Position numbers and translations under genes: made by a program. Positions 53,857-63,830 of a stretch of DNA of 64,000 bases are shown here, in pieces. A model generated the notes under the pieces. The model made no database searches. It was not told the origin of the DNA and saw only the letters and a list, made by a program, of their open reading frames with translations. The stretch comes from a phage, in the sequence record PV467749.1. One strand, 5' to 3'. The stretch's first letter is position 1. Every line of letters begins with the position of its first letter.

Positions 53857-54912
53857 TTACATCCACTTATCCGTTTGTGCTTTAATATAGAAAGGCTCGT
53901 CAACTATACTATCATGTATCAGTTGTAAACAAAATAATCTTCCAAATCTAGCACATGCTTCGTCAAAATCTTTAATGTGACGTATAGTACTTCCAACACG
54001 TACTGCCCCAAAATCTGGGAAAGAAACACTAAATCCATATTCTAGTGCTTGTTCGATTGTTTGTAATCCATCCTTATCACGGTCTGGTACGATAACAATC
54101 TTTTTACCTTTTTCTTGTGCAGCTTTAAGTACATCTATTTGTACTGCTGACAATTTAAAGTTATTTGCAGAAACACCACCCATTAGTGCTGCATCCATTG
54201 GACCTTCACAAACTAATATAGTTTTAATTCGTTCATCTTGTAACAGATCATAATTATATAGAATATTAGTACTGACCTGATTAATAAAACGATAGGTACT
54301 TCCTGGGTCTTTAAGTTTGTGTCTAGCAGTATATCCGATAATTTTACCGTTCATAACGTATGGTATGATAAATCGGTCATACATTTTATGTTCTTTAGCT
54401 GGACTCCAATACAATTCTAAATCTAATAGATATGGATTTCGCTCATTCACATGATTCAGAACACTAATAAATTCTTGTGGTATTTGCTCTTCTGGTAACG
54501 ATGCCCATTCCCAGAATGTTTTTGAGTTCGGTGGTAATTCACGAACAGTTACACGTTGATATAGTTTAGATGCAGTAGTTTCTTGTTCTGCAAAGTCTCC
54601 ACTATCAACCATTTCTTTAATGTAAAATTTAGCTAGTTCTATTTCCTTATCCTGTGCACCAAAAGAAATGAGCAAAGACTCCATATCTTTGCTCATATAT
54701 TTTCCAGGTTGCCACCCAGTTTTTAGACTACAGTTAAAACAGTTATAAGAAACAGAACCATCTGCGTTAAACATATGATTGCCGCGATTTTTAGTATCGG
54801 GGCGTGAATGACCACGGAACACACAAGCAGGACAATTGTGATGTGTCCACATACCAATTCCTGGTACTGGGTCATTCATGATTTGTGCCATGATGTTTTG
54901 TACAGCGTTCAT
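53857..54912 (-). CDS. 61: DNA primase (zinc-finger plus TOPRIM; T4 gp61-like)
   Basis: Zinc-binding HHNCPAC...CFNC, TOPRIM VCEGPMDA and VPDRDKDG. Confidence 0.8.
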   Translation of the reverse strand: MNAVQNIMAQIMNDPVPGIGMWTHHNCPACVFRGHSRPDTKNRGNHMFNADGSVSYNCFNCSLKTGWQPGKYMSKDMESLLISFGAQDKEIELAKFYIKEMVDSGDFAEQETTASKLYQRVTVRELPPNSKTFWEWASLPEEQIPQEFISVLNHVNERNPYLLDLELYWSPAKEHKMYDRFIIPYVMNGKIIGYTARHKLKDPGSTYRFINQVSTNILYNYDLLQDERIKTILVCEGPMDAALMGGVSANNFKLSAVQIDVLKAAQEKGKKIVIVPDRDKDGLQTIEQALEYGFSVSFPDFGAVRVGSTIRHIKDFDEACARFGRLFCLQLIHDSIVDEPFYIKAQTDKWM

Positions 54913-54941
54913 AATTTAATCCTTGTTATTTCTCACAAATG

Positions 54942-54950
54942 ATTATAGCA
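54942..54950 (-). promoter_or_regulatory. sigma70-like extended -10 element (TGCTATAAT) upstream of primase gene
   Basis: TGCTATAAT on minus strand about 30 nt upstream of ATG 54912. Approximate coordinates. Confidence 0.3.
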
Positions 54951-54967
54951 CAAACACTTGTTTTGTC

Positions 54968-55945
54968 TCACCTGCGAATCAAAATTTTAGGAACTGACAG
55001 TAGTGGGTCATAGACTTTTCTTACTGCCGCATAGTCATAAGGAACTGGAACGATCTTAGGATGAATACAAACAACCAATCGCAACCACATGTAATTACCT
55101 TTAAAATTAAATGCTTGAATCCCATCTAACGCTTTAGGGAATCCATTTTCATCAATATCATTTTCGATATATTCTTTACCATCCAATTTAACAATAAACC
55201 ATTTATAGTTTTCGTTATCAGTTGGTGCGTTATTACACAAACATCCTTGTAATTGAATTCTACCAATGAATTTATCAAAGTACATTGCAATAGTACTAAG
55301 ACCATCAACTAATCCGTACTGCATTTGTGCAGGAAGGGGAGATGTTGCCATTATATCAAATTCACCAATAACGCCACGAGCGATTGGTTCATGATACAAG
55401 CGTTTGATGGTAGTCCATGCTGGGTTTTTATTAACAGATACTTCAATACTTGGCACAAACACAGGAGCAGCTTGGTCGGAAATGATCAATTCAGCAGAGG
55501 CTTCATAATCAAGACCAGTGTATAAGTACTGTGTAGGTTCAATCAAGGAACCATCCATTGTTACTTTAGTAATACTCCATCTATATTTTGAACCAGGACT
55601 AGTATCCTGAATTACACCAGCAGGAACAATACATCCATAATATACTTTTTTACTATTGCCTAATGTTTGTCTTGCTTGTCCACTTTCTGATAGCCATGAT
55701 GGTTTTTGTTTATCCAAAACTACATCGAATAATTTAGTATTGTTTCTAGCATCAAAAATCATGAATGTTAGATATTCGTTATCTTTTAGTAATGTATATT
55801 TTCCATCAGCGTTATGCACTGTGAATGATAAATTGTTATTTGCACCTCTGTATATTGTAAGTTTCTCATTGCTATATGGCATATTAAAATTGCCCAATGA
55901 TACTTCTTGGTTATAAGGGTACATAAACACGCCGTGATGAGCCAT
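54968..55945 (-). CDS. hypothetical protein (about 325 aa)
   Basis: ORF track 54968..56179; ATG at codon 79 (MAHHGVFMYPY...) has AAGGA SD; upstream extension overlaps a divergent plus-strand gene. Confidence 0.5.
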   Translation of the reverse strand: MAHHGVFMYPYNQEVSLGNFNMPYSNEKLTIYRGANNNLSFTVHNADGKYTLLKDNEYLTFMIFDARNNTKLFDVVLDKQKPSWLSESGQARQTLGNSKKVYYGCIVPAGVIQDTSPGSKYRWSITKVTMDGSLIEPTQYLYTGLDYEASAELIISDQAAPVFVPSIEVSVNKNPAWTTIKRLYHEPIARGVIGEFDIMATSPLPAQMQYGLVDGLSTIAMYFDKFIGRIQLQGCLCNNAPTDNENYKWFIVKLDGKEYIENDIDENGFPKALDGIQAFNFKGNYMWLRLVVCIHPKIVPVPYDYAAVRKVYDPLLSVPKILIRR

Positions 55946-55970
55946 AGTTTTTCCTTCCATAAATAATAGG

Positions 55971-55982
55971 TATAAATTTATA
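55971..55982. promoter_or_regulatory. palindromic TATAAATTTATA element in divergent intergenic region
   Basis: Perfect 12-bp palindrome giving TATAAATT (7/8 match to T4 late core TATAAATA) on both strands, between divergent genes 54968..55945 and 56003..56356. Confidence 0.3.
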
Positions 55983-56002
55983 CTAATATTTATGGAACTC
56001 AT

Positions 56003-56356
56003 ATGAATCAATATAATACTATTCCACCATTTATCACGGTAGTTCAGTGTGATGGTAAAACTTTCATTGGTATTATCAAGATAAAAAGTAAACAGTATAC
56101 TACTCTTTACTGCTTTGATGATATGGATGAACCAATGCAAGATGAATTGTTGGGTATAGCACATGATTGGTGGTGGCAAAGCAACAGGTCAATTCCAGTC
56201 TGTCTATTCTTCCAAGAAGAGATGGAGAAATTTGAACCTTACACACAGAGATTCGATACCCCTGCGGTGAATTTCGTTTGTGGTCCAGTAGTTTCTTTAA
56301 GTGATTTGCCACAAAAACGCATCAAGCGTCGTAATGTGGCTCTTAAGAAGAAGTAA
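56003..56356 (+). CDS. hypothetical protein (117 aa), plus-strand
   Basis: ORF track; ATG start; Trp-rich HDWWWQ and basic C-terminus; convergent with 56343..56981. Confidence 0.45.
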   Translation: MNQYNTIPPFITVVQCDGKTFIGIIKIKSKQYTTLYCFDDMDEPMQDELLGIAHDWWWQSNRSIPVCLFFQEEMEKFEPYTQRFDTPAVNFVCGPVVSLSDLPQKRIKRRNVALKKK

Positions 56357-56981
56357 GATGTTCAACTAAAGCGTTAAGTTGAACTACAATCATTAAGCTG
56401 TATGCATAAGCATGTGGCTTTTTGAAATATCGTAACTTATTTCCTGCTTGGTCTGTGCCAATAGTACTGTAATCCCATATAGTGGATTCAACTTCACTCC
56501 ATGTATTCATACTTTGGCACTGCCTTTTTCCAGGACGAATCATTGCAATAAACATTGCAAGTTCATCAATGGATTTAGGTTTCCACACATTTAATAATGT
56601 AACGTGTTTTTTAATCTGTGAAAGATGTTCAACTATTTCTGGTTCTAACAGAAGATCCCAATTAGGTTCCTGATTCATTAGTTCTTTTAAATGTGCTCTA
56701 TCACGAACATACTGGTAAGCCGATTGTGACAGGATATCTACCTTTTGATATCCCAAGCGTTCGGCTTCTTTATATTGTATGCTGGCTAAACCAGTGATAG
56801 GGTCAATTGGTATATTATCAAAATGAACACCACTGTTATGGGGGATTAAACCATCCTCCGTAATTTTTTCTGTACTTCGCACACAAGGAAGCTGTGCAAT
56901 CACTGACTTACTATCTTTAAAGTCAATGTCGATATCTGTTCGTGCTTTACGGTACGAATTAGAATTTGTCGAATCCTGCAT
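56343..56981 (-). CDS. hypothetical protein with DnaE fingers-domain-like motifs
   Basis: IDELAMFIAMIRPG and KKPHAYAYSLMIVVQL resemble DnaE ...FEDMIALVALFRPGP and GFNKSHSAAYALVSYQ (recalled, by-eye). Confidence 0.45.
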   Translation of the reverse strand: MQDSTNSNSYRKARTDIDIDFKDSKSVIAQLPCVRSTEKITEDGLIPHNSGVHFDNIPIDPITGLASIQYKEAERLGYQKVDILSQSAYQYVRDRAHLKELMNQEPNWDLLLEPEIVEHLSQIKKHVTLLNVWKPKSIDELAMFIAMIRPGKRQCQSMNTWSEVESTIWDYSTIGTDQAGNKLRYFKKPHAYAYSLMIVVQLNALVEHLTSS

Positions 56982-57288
56982 TTTTGATTTGCTCCTGCAA
57001 TTTGTTTACAGTGTTAGATAATTTGGTTACCTGATTTTCTAACATTGTACACTTTTGTTTGGTCTTTGACAACTCTTGACTTAGACCAAAGAATCTTTCC
57101 TCATGTCTTTCAACCATACTGATAATTTTTTCTACACGAACAGGATCGTGCACCTGAAAGGTTTTACCATCAAGTGTAATTTCAGTTATAGAACCCTGTC
57201 TAAGCAATGATAAAGATTTAGATTTATCTGCTTTAGGCACAGGTACATACCCTTCTGGTATTTTATTATATATACTTTTTCCATTCAT
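56959..57288 (-). CDS. hypothetical protein (109 aa), C-terminal coiled coil
   Basis: ORF track. Confidence 0.4.
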   Translation of the reverse strand: MNGKSIYNKIPEGYVPVPKADKSKSLSLLRQGSITEITLDGKTFQVHDPVRVEKIISMVERHEERFFGLSQELSKTKQKCTMLENQVTKLSNTVNKLQEQIKNAGFDKF

Positions 57289-57995
57289 AATCCAGCCTCA
57301 CGTAGCATACTTTTTATTTCATCACATTCCTTTTTGTACTTTATAGTTTTAACCTCAAAGTAACTAGGATCAATGTATTTAAGTATATACTCGATTTCAG
57401 AGTTAGAGAGATTCTTGAAAAACTTATTAGTACTTTCTTTTGGTGCTAACCAGATAATCCAAGGTGAAATCTTACCACTCTCAATCCATGCAATTGCACG
57501 GGCAGAACTCACATTGGAAAAAAACTTATTCCACTCCAAGTTCAGATTCTGACCCCATTCCACCATCGCAACAACACTACGGGAAACCGCAGCATTGGGA
57601 GATTCTGAACGAATACAATCTAATATCCATTCATCCTTTGCTTTATAAGTACTCCATTCCATAATAGGACGGTTTCTTACAATTAGACTTTTTACAAAAC
57701 CATCAATATCTAAAATATCACGGTTGTTCAAATAATAAATTGCAAAATCATAAAAATCACTAAAGTACTTTGATTTTATAAAAGCCATTAATGGTTCAAC
57801 TCCCTTCTTGAAAGGGAAATGGTTTAACTCCATGAATTGCATATAAATGCGAAAAGCCTCCCTCATGGGGCGGCTATCACGATCTTCGTAGCGGTCACGT
57901 TTAACACACTTATGTGTGTTAACTGTGTCTTCGCGTTTAAATTCTTTATCACAGAACTTACATTTGTATACGGGACTACTTGATTTCTTTGCCAT
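57285..57995 (-). CDS. hypothetical protein with N-terminal C2H2-like zinc finger
   Basis: YKCKFCDKEFKREDTVNTHKC. Confidence 0.5.
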   Translation of the reverse strand: MAKKSSSPVYKCKFCDKEFKREDTVNTHKCVKRDRYEDRDSRPMREAFRIYMQFMELNHFPFKKGVEPLMAFIKSKYFSDFYDFAIYYLNNRDILDIDGFVKSLIVRNRPIMEWSTYKAKDEWILDCIRSESPNAAVSRSVVAMVEWGQNLNLEWNKFFSNVSSARAIAWIESGKISPWIIWLAPKESTNKFFKNLSNSEIEYILKYIDPSYFEVKTIKYKKECDEIKSMLREAGL

Positions 57996-58821
57996 ATTTC
58001 TTACATTCTTCTTTAAATAATTTCATCATTGATTTCATTTCTTTCTCTTGTAAACCTATGTCTTCAAGGAAAGACTCGAATGTTTTTTTGTTATATTGCA
58101 ACAAAACAATTTTATATTCATCTTCGTTCATTTGAGTTGCGATTGAATCTGGCTGTGTACTTTTAATGAGTTCAAATAATTCATTATTAGCACGCTTAAA
58201 ACTCTTGGAAAAGTTTAACCAGTTTCGTGGCAATTCCTTACCACCCAACATATCATGAACAGAACATAGTAGTTGATATACAAGTTCAGGGTGTTCTTTC
58301 ATATCCCAGAACCCATCATTAACCATATCATTCAACATAATCAACTGATAACGTACAACGTCACTGTCAACCAATGAGATGATCTGTCCACCAGCAATAC
58401 TAAATTCAGTCATTGCTGCAATCAACTTGTTAGCATCATCATTGCTTTGTACGGCAAACTTGATACGCCAATCATAGTCACTGTGACAGTACTTAGTAAC
58501 TGATGTTACATTAACACCAGTGCTATTGAGTTCTTTGACAAGTTCAGTTAGTGCTTCTTTACCACCAGCTTTCCACTTACCAAATACGTTTTCCACTTTA
58601 CTACTAGGGAAAGTCACTTGAAGTGAGTCATCAAGTGAACTTACCCAACGAAGTACAGTATAAGGCGTAAATTCCTTACGCTCATCTTCGGTCATGTCAT
58701 TATAGTATTTGTAATCTGCACGGTCAATATGTTTTAGAAATTCAGCAATAGAAAATGTATGCTGGGTTGGTTTATCGTTTTCGTCTACTGACTTAGCTTT
58801 AATATTACTGAAATCTAACAC
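57976..58821 (-). CDS. hypothetical protein (281 aa)
   Basis: ORF track. Confidence 0.45.
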   Translation of the reverse strand: MLDFSNIKAKSVDENDKPTQHTFSIAEFLKHIDRADYKYYNDMTEDERKEFTPYTVLRWVSSLDDSLQVTFPSSKVENVFGKWKAGGKEALTELVKELNSTGVNVTSVTKYCHSDYDWRIKFAVQSNDDANKLIAAMTEFSIAGGQIISLVDSDVVRYQLIMLNDMVNDGFWDMKEHPELVYQLLCSVHDMLGGKELPRNWLNFSKSFKRANNELFELIKSTQPDSIATQMNEDEYKIVLLQYNKKTFESFLEDIGLQEKEMKSMMKLFKEECKKYGKEIK

Positions 58822-58823
58822 TA

Positions 58824-59321
58824 TTACACTCCTAGATACAAATCTTGAATTTTCTCGTTCTCATCTGCAAAGTAAACACAAGGTGGATTATCACCACTGT
58901 GCAGAGGAACACATAGTAAGTTCTTCTTAGGCAGCATAGGGATCTGCCACTTAGTAGTGAGTGCGAATACACGCAGTACTTTTACAGGTTCAAACTTAGG
59001 ATACATCGAACGGATTGGATTGTAAACAAAAGCTTTAGGTTCTTTCATATTAAGAATGTTTTCAATGGTACACATCTCAACCATACCCGTCTCTTCATCA
59101 CCCAACATGATTTGCCAACCCAATGGTACTTGGATAATCTTTTCACCAATCTGCAAATCAGCACTGATACTATTAAATGATACAGTGTTCAAAATGTGGC
59201 GAAAATAAAAGTCAGAGTCACCGTTTGGACTCAAATCTAAAACACAATACATTTCTGATGGAATGTGTTCAGTTACTAAATCCATATCAAATGAATTATT
59301 TTCTGGGGTTAATACGTTCAT
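58824..59321 (-). CDS. hypothetical protein (165 aa)
   Basis: ORF track. Confidence 0.45.
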   Translation of the reverse strand: MNVLTPENNSFDMDLVTEHIPSEMYCVLDLSPNGDSDFYFRHILNTVSFNSISADLQIGEKIIQVPLGWQIMLGDEETGMVEMCTIENILNMKEPKAFVYNPIRSMYPKFEPVKVLRVFALTTKWQIPMLPKKNLLCVPLHSGDNPPCVYFADENEKIQDLYLGV

Positions 59322-59330
59322 CTCATCTCC

Positions 59331-59759
59331 TTAGTACTGGGAATCTTCATCTTCATCGTAGTAATCTTCTTCATCTTCATCGGATGTACCATAGAATTCA
59401 AGACCATACGTTTCACACATTTCTTGAATCTTATCAACATCGGTATCTAAGTAAGAATCAAAATTACCACTAAGACTAACAACATCAATAAACGTTGTAG
59501 TATCAGTACTTGCATAGATGATATCATATTTTAATGATTCAACTTTCGAGTCAATTCTGGTTTGCAATTCATAGATATTAATCCATGAATTAGTGTCAAT
59601 ATTACATCTCCAAACATTAGTATCGTCAGTTTCTAGTTCAGGTATATAGTCAAGTGAAGATACCATGTCATCCATAATACCATCATCATTCAACAATACA
59701 TCAATTACATCTAACGTTTCTTGGTCACAGATAAAAGCAATACTAGATCTTAATTCCAT
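59331..59759 (-). CDS. hypothetical protein (142 aa) with highly acidic C-terminal tail
   Basis: ORF track; C-terminus SDEDEEDYYDEDEDSQY; AAGGAAG SD. Confidence 0.45.
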   Translation of the reverse strand: MELRSSIAFICDQETLDVIDVLLNDDGIMDDMVSSLDYIPELETDDTNVWRCNIDTNSWINIYELQTRIDSKVESLKYDIIYASTDTTTFIDVVSLSGNFDSYLDTDVDKIQEMCETYGLEFYGTSDEDEEDYYDEDEDSQY

Positions 59760-59815
59760 TTTTATTTTACTTCCTTGTTGTTGTCATACGACACATTATA
59801 TCATGTACAGCGGGA

Positions 59816-61300
59816 TTATCCCGCTGTATTTTCCCAATCCTTAACATCTATGATACTATGAGGATATTGTGCTTCCTTATAGTATTGTAAACGTTCACGT
59901 AAGTGTTTTGCACTATATTTGTTTGTACCACTGATATCAAAGATTTCCACGTGGTCTTTGTCTTCTGCACGACGCAACCCACGACCAATGGACTGTATTG
60001 TACGAACGAAGCTTTTTCCTGGTTCGATTAGAACGACATTATACAAACGAGAAATACTGATACCAGTACTTGCTACCCCATAGGTTGCAATGAGTATTTT
60101 GTTATCAGCCCAGCGAATTTCACCATATGAAGATTCACGGTCTTTCTTTTTGGTTTCCCCACGAACAAATTCTGACTTAGGAATACCCAAAAATTCACAA
60201 AGCAATTCACCAGCTTCAAGTCTATCAACCAGTACTAAAGTGTTTCCAGATTCTGCTAACGCACCTATCAGTGATGCTACATATGCCATTCTATCACGGT
60301 CAGTAACTAAGTACTTCAATTCTTCTGCATATGACGCGAACTTTAAATTACTTTTAAGTTTAATACAGTTCACATTACATGTGCTTAGTATTTTTTTATC
60401 TTGTAATTCTTTAGCTGTGATTTTAAATATCACATCACCAACGTTACATTTAATCTTCGCAGCGACAACTTGGTCTTTAGGGATTGTACCAGTTAATCCC
60501 CAGCGAAGTGGGACGTTATTCATAACTTTAGAGAGTACTTGAACTAATGCATCACCACCAGCACCTTGACACTCATCGACAATCACACAAACCACACCAT
60601 CAATAAAGTCATGAACGTCTTGTTCAGTCAGTTCAATTTCACCTTTCTTTGTTTTCTTCCACAAAGAGTTGAATGACTGCCAGGTAGTGATTGTGTGTTG
60701 GTGACCAAAGTCTTTCTGTGCACCATAGAACACTCCAGTGTCAAGACCACACATAACATAGTCATCATATGTTTGCTGCACCAAATCAGTACTAGGTACG
60801 ATAATCACAGAACGTCCATACTCTTGTACCTTCTTGGATAATGCCGCTGTGATGAGCGTTTTACCAGCCCCTGTAGCTGCTAATAATAAACCATGTGGGT
60901 TTGCAAGGCAAGCATTAACTGCGTTCACCTGATGCTCTCTGAGCTTGATTGACTTACCTTCCATGTGGTGTCCAGCACCAAACACAACATCACTAAAAAT
61001 ATCTTCATCAATTGGTTCAAAATTGAATCCGTAATTGACACGATGATCTTCAAGTTCAATATCAATTTTTGCTTCATCTAAGATTGGCAACAACTTATCC
61101 AACATGTGGTAGTAAGTACTGCCACCTAAGTTCATAAACTGTACCTTACCATCCCAACGACCAATACGACCAGCAGGGGTGAACTTAGCGTATGGAAGTA
61201 CATATTCTGTTGCACGAATCATCTTCTGACGAATTGAGGGATCTAGTCCCTCAAATTTACAATTAACCTCGTCCAGTAAGGTTAGCTTACAAGTTTTCAT
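59816..61300 (-). CDS. uvsW: SF2 DNA helicase (T4 UvsW-like)
   Basis: Walker A ATGAGKT, DECQ box, TGT motif, arginine finger region QSIGRGLRR; 494 aa. Confidence 0.8.
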   Translation of the reverse strand: MKTCKLTLLDEVNCKFEGLDPSIRQKMIRATEYVLPYAKFTPAGRIGRWDGKVQFMNLGGSTYYHMLDKLLPILDEAKIDIELEDHRVNYGFNFEPIDEDIFSDVVFGAGHHMEGKSIKLREHQVNAVNACLANPHGLLLAATGAGKTLITAALSKKVQEYGRSVIIVPSTDLVQQTYDDYVMCGLDTGVFYGAQKDFGHQHTITTWQSFNSLWKKTKKGEIELTEQDVHDFIDGVVCVIVDECQGAGGDALVQVLSKVMNNVPLRWGLTGTIPKDQVVAAKIKCNVGDVIFKITAKELQDKKILSTCNVNCIKLKSNLKFASYAEELKYLVTDRDRMAYVASLIGALAESGNTLVLVDRLEAGELLCEFLGIPKSEFVRGETKKKDRESSYGEIRWADNKILIATYGVASTGISISRLYNVVLIEPGKSFVRTIQSIGRGLRRAEDKDHVEIFDISGTNKYSAKHLRERLQYYKEAQYPHSIIDVKDWENTAG

Positions 61301-61315
61301 CCATGAATACCTTTA

Positions 61316-62134
61316 TTAATTAGTTCGAGTATTATATTCGTACTCAAATGTATATACTAAATCTTTATCACAGTTTGGGTTACTTGCATCAAGGATATCA
61401 CTGTTAGTAATCATCCATTCAATATAGTTCAATGGAACAGTTTCCATTGGTTCGCCTTTGTGTTTACCAAATGGCATGAATTTATAACGCATTGGTGTAT
61501 TACAGAATGTTACTATTTGTTCACCAATGTCACCATTAGGGTCAATATGACCACGTTCAATAGCAACTTCAATCAATTTGATTAGAACTTGGTAACACAT
61601 GAATACGTCATCTTTTGCTGCGTGAGCATTCACTGCACGATGTACGTCACGATAGCAACCAAATTTATACCACAAATAACTTAGAGTTAAGTTTTTGAAT
61701 TCAGTGTCTTCTGCAAACATCTTCTTAGCTAAACGAAGAGTACAAATCCATTTATCTTCATCGAGCAAGTACTGTGAAACTGAGTTACGATATTTATATT
61801 CGTTATCTACCATCATTCGGCGGTCAAATTGAACGTTGTGTCCAATAAAATAATCACGACAGCCCATGAGTGCGTCGATGTTTTCTAAGTCATCTTTATA
61901 ACCAATGCAGTTTGCTACATCTTCAGTACTGATAAAATGCACAGCACTTGCTTCTGGTGGTATATCTTTTAGTGGTTTATAACGCAAAGTGTAGTTATCA
62001 ATAGTATCAATATTCTCATGTGCACCGTGAGGATATGAAATACTAAATTCAATAATATCATCTTCACTTTCTACACCAGTCGTTTCGGTGTCTAGTACTG
62101 ATACGTTTGATAGAAACTCATCTAATTTTGTCAT
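61316..62134 (-). CDS. DnaQ-like DEDDh 3'-5' exonuclease with C-terminal FGKHKG-containing domain
   Basis: Exo I LDTETTG, Exo II HNVQFD, Exo III HRAVNAHAAKDD; C-terminal MPFGKHKGEPMETVPLNYIEW. Confidence 0.65.
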   Translation of the reverse strand: MTKLDEFLSNVSVLDTETTGVESEDDIIEFSISYPHGAHENIDTIDNYTLRYKPLKDIPPEASAVHFISTEDVANCIGYKDDLENIDALMGCRDYFIGHNVQFDRRMMVDNEYKYRNSVSQYLLDEDKWICTLRLAKKMFAEDTEFKNLTLSYLWYKFGCYRDVHRAVNAHAAKDDVFMCYQVLIKLIEVAIERGHIDPNGDIGEQIVTFCNTPMRYKFMPFGKHKGEPMETVPLNYIEWMITNSDILDASNPNCDKDLVYTFEYEYNTRTN

Positions 62135-62147
62135 TTTATTCTCGCAT

Positions 62148-62172
62148 AGAAAAAGGACGCAGAATGCGTCCT
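62148..62172 (-). terminator. intrinsic terminator (AGGACGC-ATTCT-GCGTCCT plus U-tract)
   Basis: Perfect 7-bp stem; minus strand continues TTTTTC; between 62182..62643 and exonuclease gene. Confidence 0.55.
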
Positions 62173-62181
62173 TATGGATAG

Positions 62182-62643
62182 TTATTCTAAACGTGCATCT
62201 TCAATACCAGCAGCACGTAGTCTCACAATATTGTTTAACTGAAAAGCTTTCATCTCTAAGGATTTAACAATACTGGAAAACGTATTACGGATATATGATA
62301 CTTCATTTATTAGTTCGGATAATTCACAAACTTCTTTATCACCTTCAACATACTTTTTACAGTCAGAAGATGATAGTGCTCGACGATATGCTTCAAGGAA
62401 ATATTTAAACTTTTCAGCTTGTAGTTGACGCATTTCAATTTCTAGCATTTCAAGTACCGCTTCTAGTTCTTGAAGCTGACTGAGACGAGTCTCATGCCAG
62501 CCTGGAATCTCCTGAGCAATCTTTTCAATGATGCCAATCTTTTTAACTTCACGACGAGCTTCTTCAGTTTCTTTTTCGAAGTGTTCAATCATGTCGATTA
62601 TTTTAGATTTATCATCTTTGATGATCCAATGCCAAGGTTTCAT
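62182..62643 (-). CDS. hypothetical coiled-coil protein (153 aa)
   Basis: ORF track; 1-nt overlap with uvsX stop. Confidence 0.45.
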   Translation of the reverse strand: MKPWHWIIKDDKSKIIDMIEHFEKETEEARREVKKIGIIEKIAQEIPGWHETRLSQLQELEAVLEMLEIEMRQLQAEKFKYFLEAYRRALSSSDCKKYVEGDKEVCELSELINEVSYIRNTFSSIVKSLEMKAFQLNNIVRLRAAGIEDARLE

Positions 62644-63761
62644 TATTCCTCACTACTTCCAATATCAGTACCAAATGATTCATCACCTTTTTCTTCTTCT
62701 TTGACTTCTTCAATCAAAGGGTGACGTTTGAATTGATTCATAACTAAATCAAGGCAAGAATCTTCGTTACGCATCCATTCTTTACGATATTTTAGAATCT
62801 GTTCACCAGTGTCAATATCAACGTACATTAGACGGTTACCAGATTTAACGATAAGTTCATATTTCTCGAACATATCTAGTAGACCACTGCGTGGGTCCAT
62901 ACCTTTATCCCAAGGAATTTTAATCTCAACATCTTCAAATGGTTTGTTGTAACGAGTCTTCATGACTTTACATTTAGAACGAATACCACTTACATCTGAA
63001 GTCTTGTTGCCTTCTTCATCTTCTTTAAGTTTTAGTTTACCCATTGCGATAACCATAGAAGATGCATAAATCAAACCACTACCACCAGATACTTTTGGAT
63101 CAGGGTTGAACATATCTTGGGATTCATAACTATGGTTTACACAAACCATACCAATGTTAAGTGAACCAATCGAGTTTACGCAGTTGGTGATGTAAGCTTT
63201 AAGCTGTTTAGGTTTGTGACCCATATCACCTTTCAAGTTACCAGCTTTCATCTGGTCATTAGCAACTTCAGTATTCAACATACCAATTGAGTCGATAATG
63301 AATAATACTTTTTGACGTTCTTCTTTAGGAGTATTTTCGTATTCTTTACGATACCCTTCGATGAACTCATAGGTAAATTTAGCAACATCACCAATCATAC
63401 CCATGTTTACTTTTAGTAGTTTTTCTTCTGAAGTGTCTACACCTAGTGCTTGTAGCCAATCTGAATCCAATGCGTTCTCGGAATCAATCATAACAACAAA
63501 GATACCTTGTTGTTGTGCTTCACGGGCGATGTTTCCAGAAACGATAAATGATTTACCAGAACCAGATTCACCAGCAAACATTGTTACTTTACCTAGTGGA
63601 ATACCACGGTCAAAATAACCACTAATACGATAGTTCAAAGCAAAGTTACCAGTACTAATCCATGTATCAGGATCATGAAAGCCTACGCTAACACCAGTAT
63701 TCTTTTTAACGCTACCAGTACTATTTTTTAGAATGTTTGCAAAACCACTTGTCATTTTCAT
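62643..63761 (-). CDS. uvsX: RecA-family recombinase (T4 UvsX-like)
   Basis: Walker A GESGSGKS, RecA-fold core, acidic C-terminus; 372 aa. Confidence 0.85.
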   Translation of the reverse strand: MKMTSGFANILKNSTGSVKKNTGVSVGFHDPDTWISTGNFALNYRISGYFDRGIPLGKVTMFAGESGSGKSFIVSGNIAREAQQQGIFVVMIDSENALDSDWLQALGVDTSEEKLLKVNMGMIGDVAKFTYEFIEGYRKEYENTPKEERQKVLFIIDSIGMLNTEVANDQMKAGNLKGDMGHKPKQLKAYITNCVNSIGSLNIGMVCVNHSYESQDMFNPDPKVSGGSGLIYASSMVIAMGKLKLKEDEEGNKTSDVSGIRSKCKVMKTRYNKPFEDVEIKIPWDKGMDPRSGLLDMFEKYELIVKSGNRLMYVDIDTGEQILKYRKEWMRNEDSCLDLVMNQFKRHPLIEEVKEEEKGDESFGTDIGSSEE

Positions 63762-63782
63762 AATTCGCTCCTTGAATTTTAT

Positions 63783-63812
63783 GAAATAAAACGGGGCAAA
63801 CTCCGTTGCCCC
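63783..63812 (-). terminator. intrinsic terminator (GGGGCAA-CGGAGT-TTGCCCC plus U-rich tail)
   Basis: 7-bp stem downstream of partial gene stop (63831..63833); minus strand continues GTTTTATTTC. Confidence 0.5.
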
Positions 63813-63830
63813 TTAACTTTTCAAATACTA

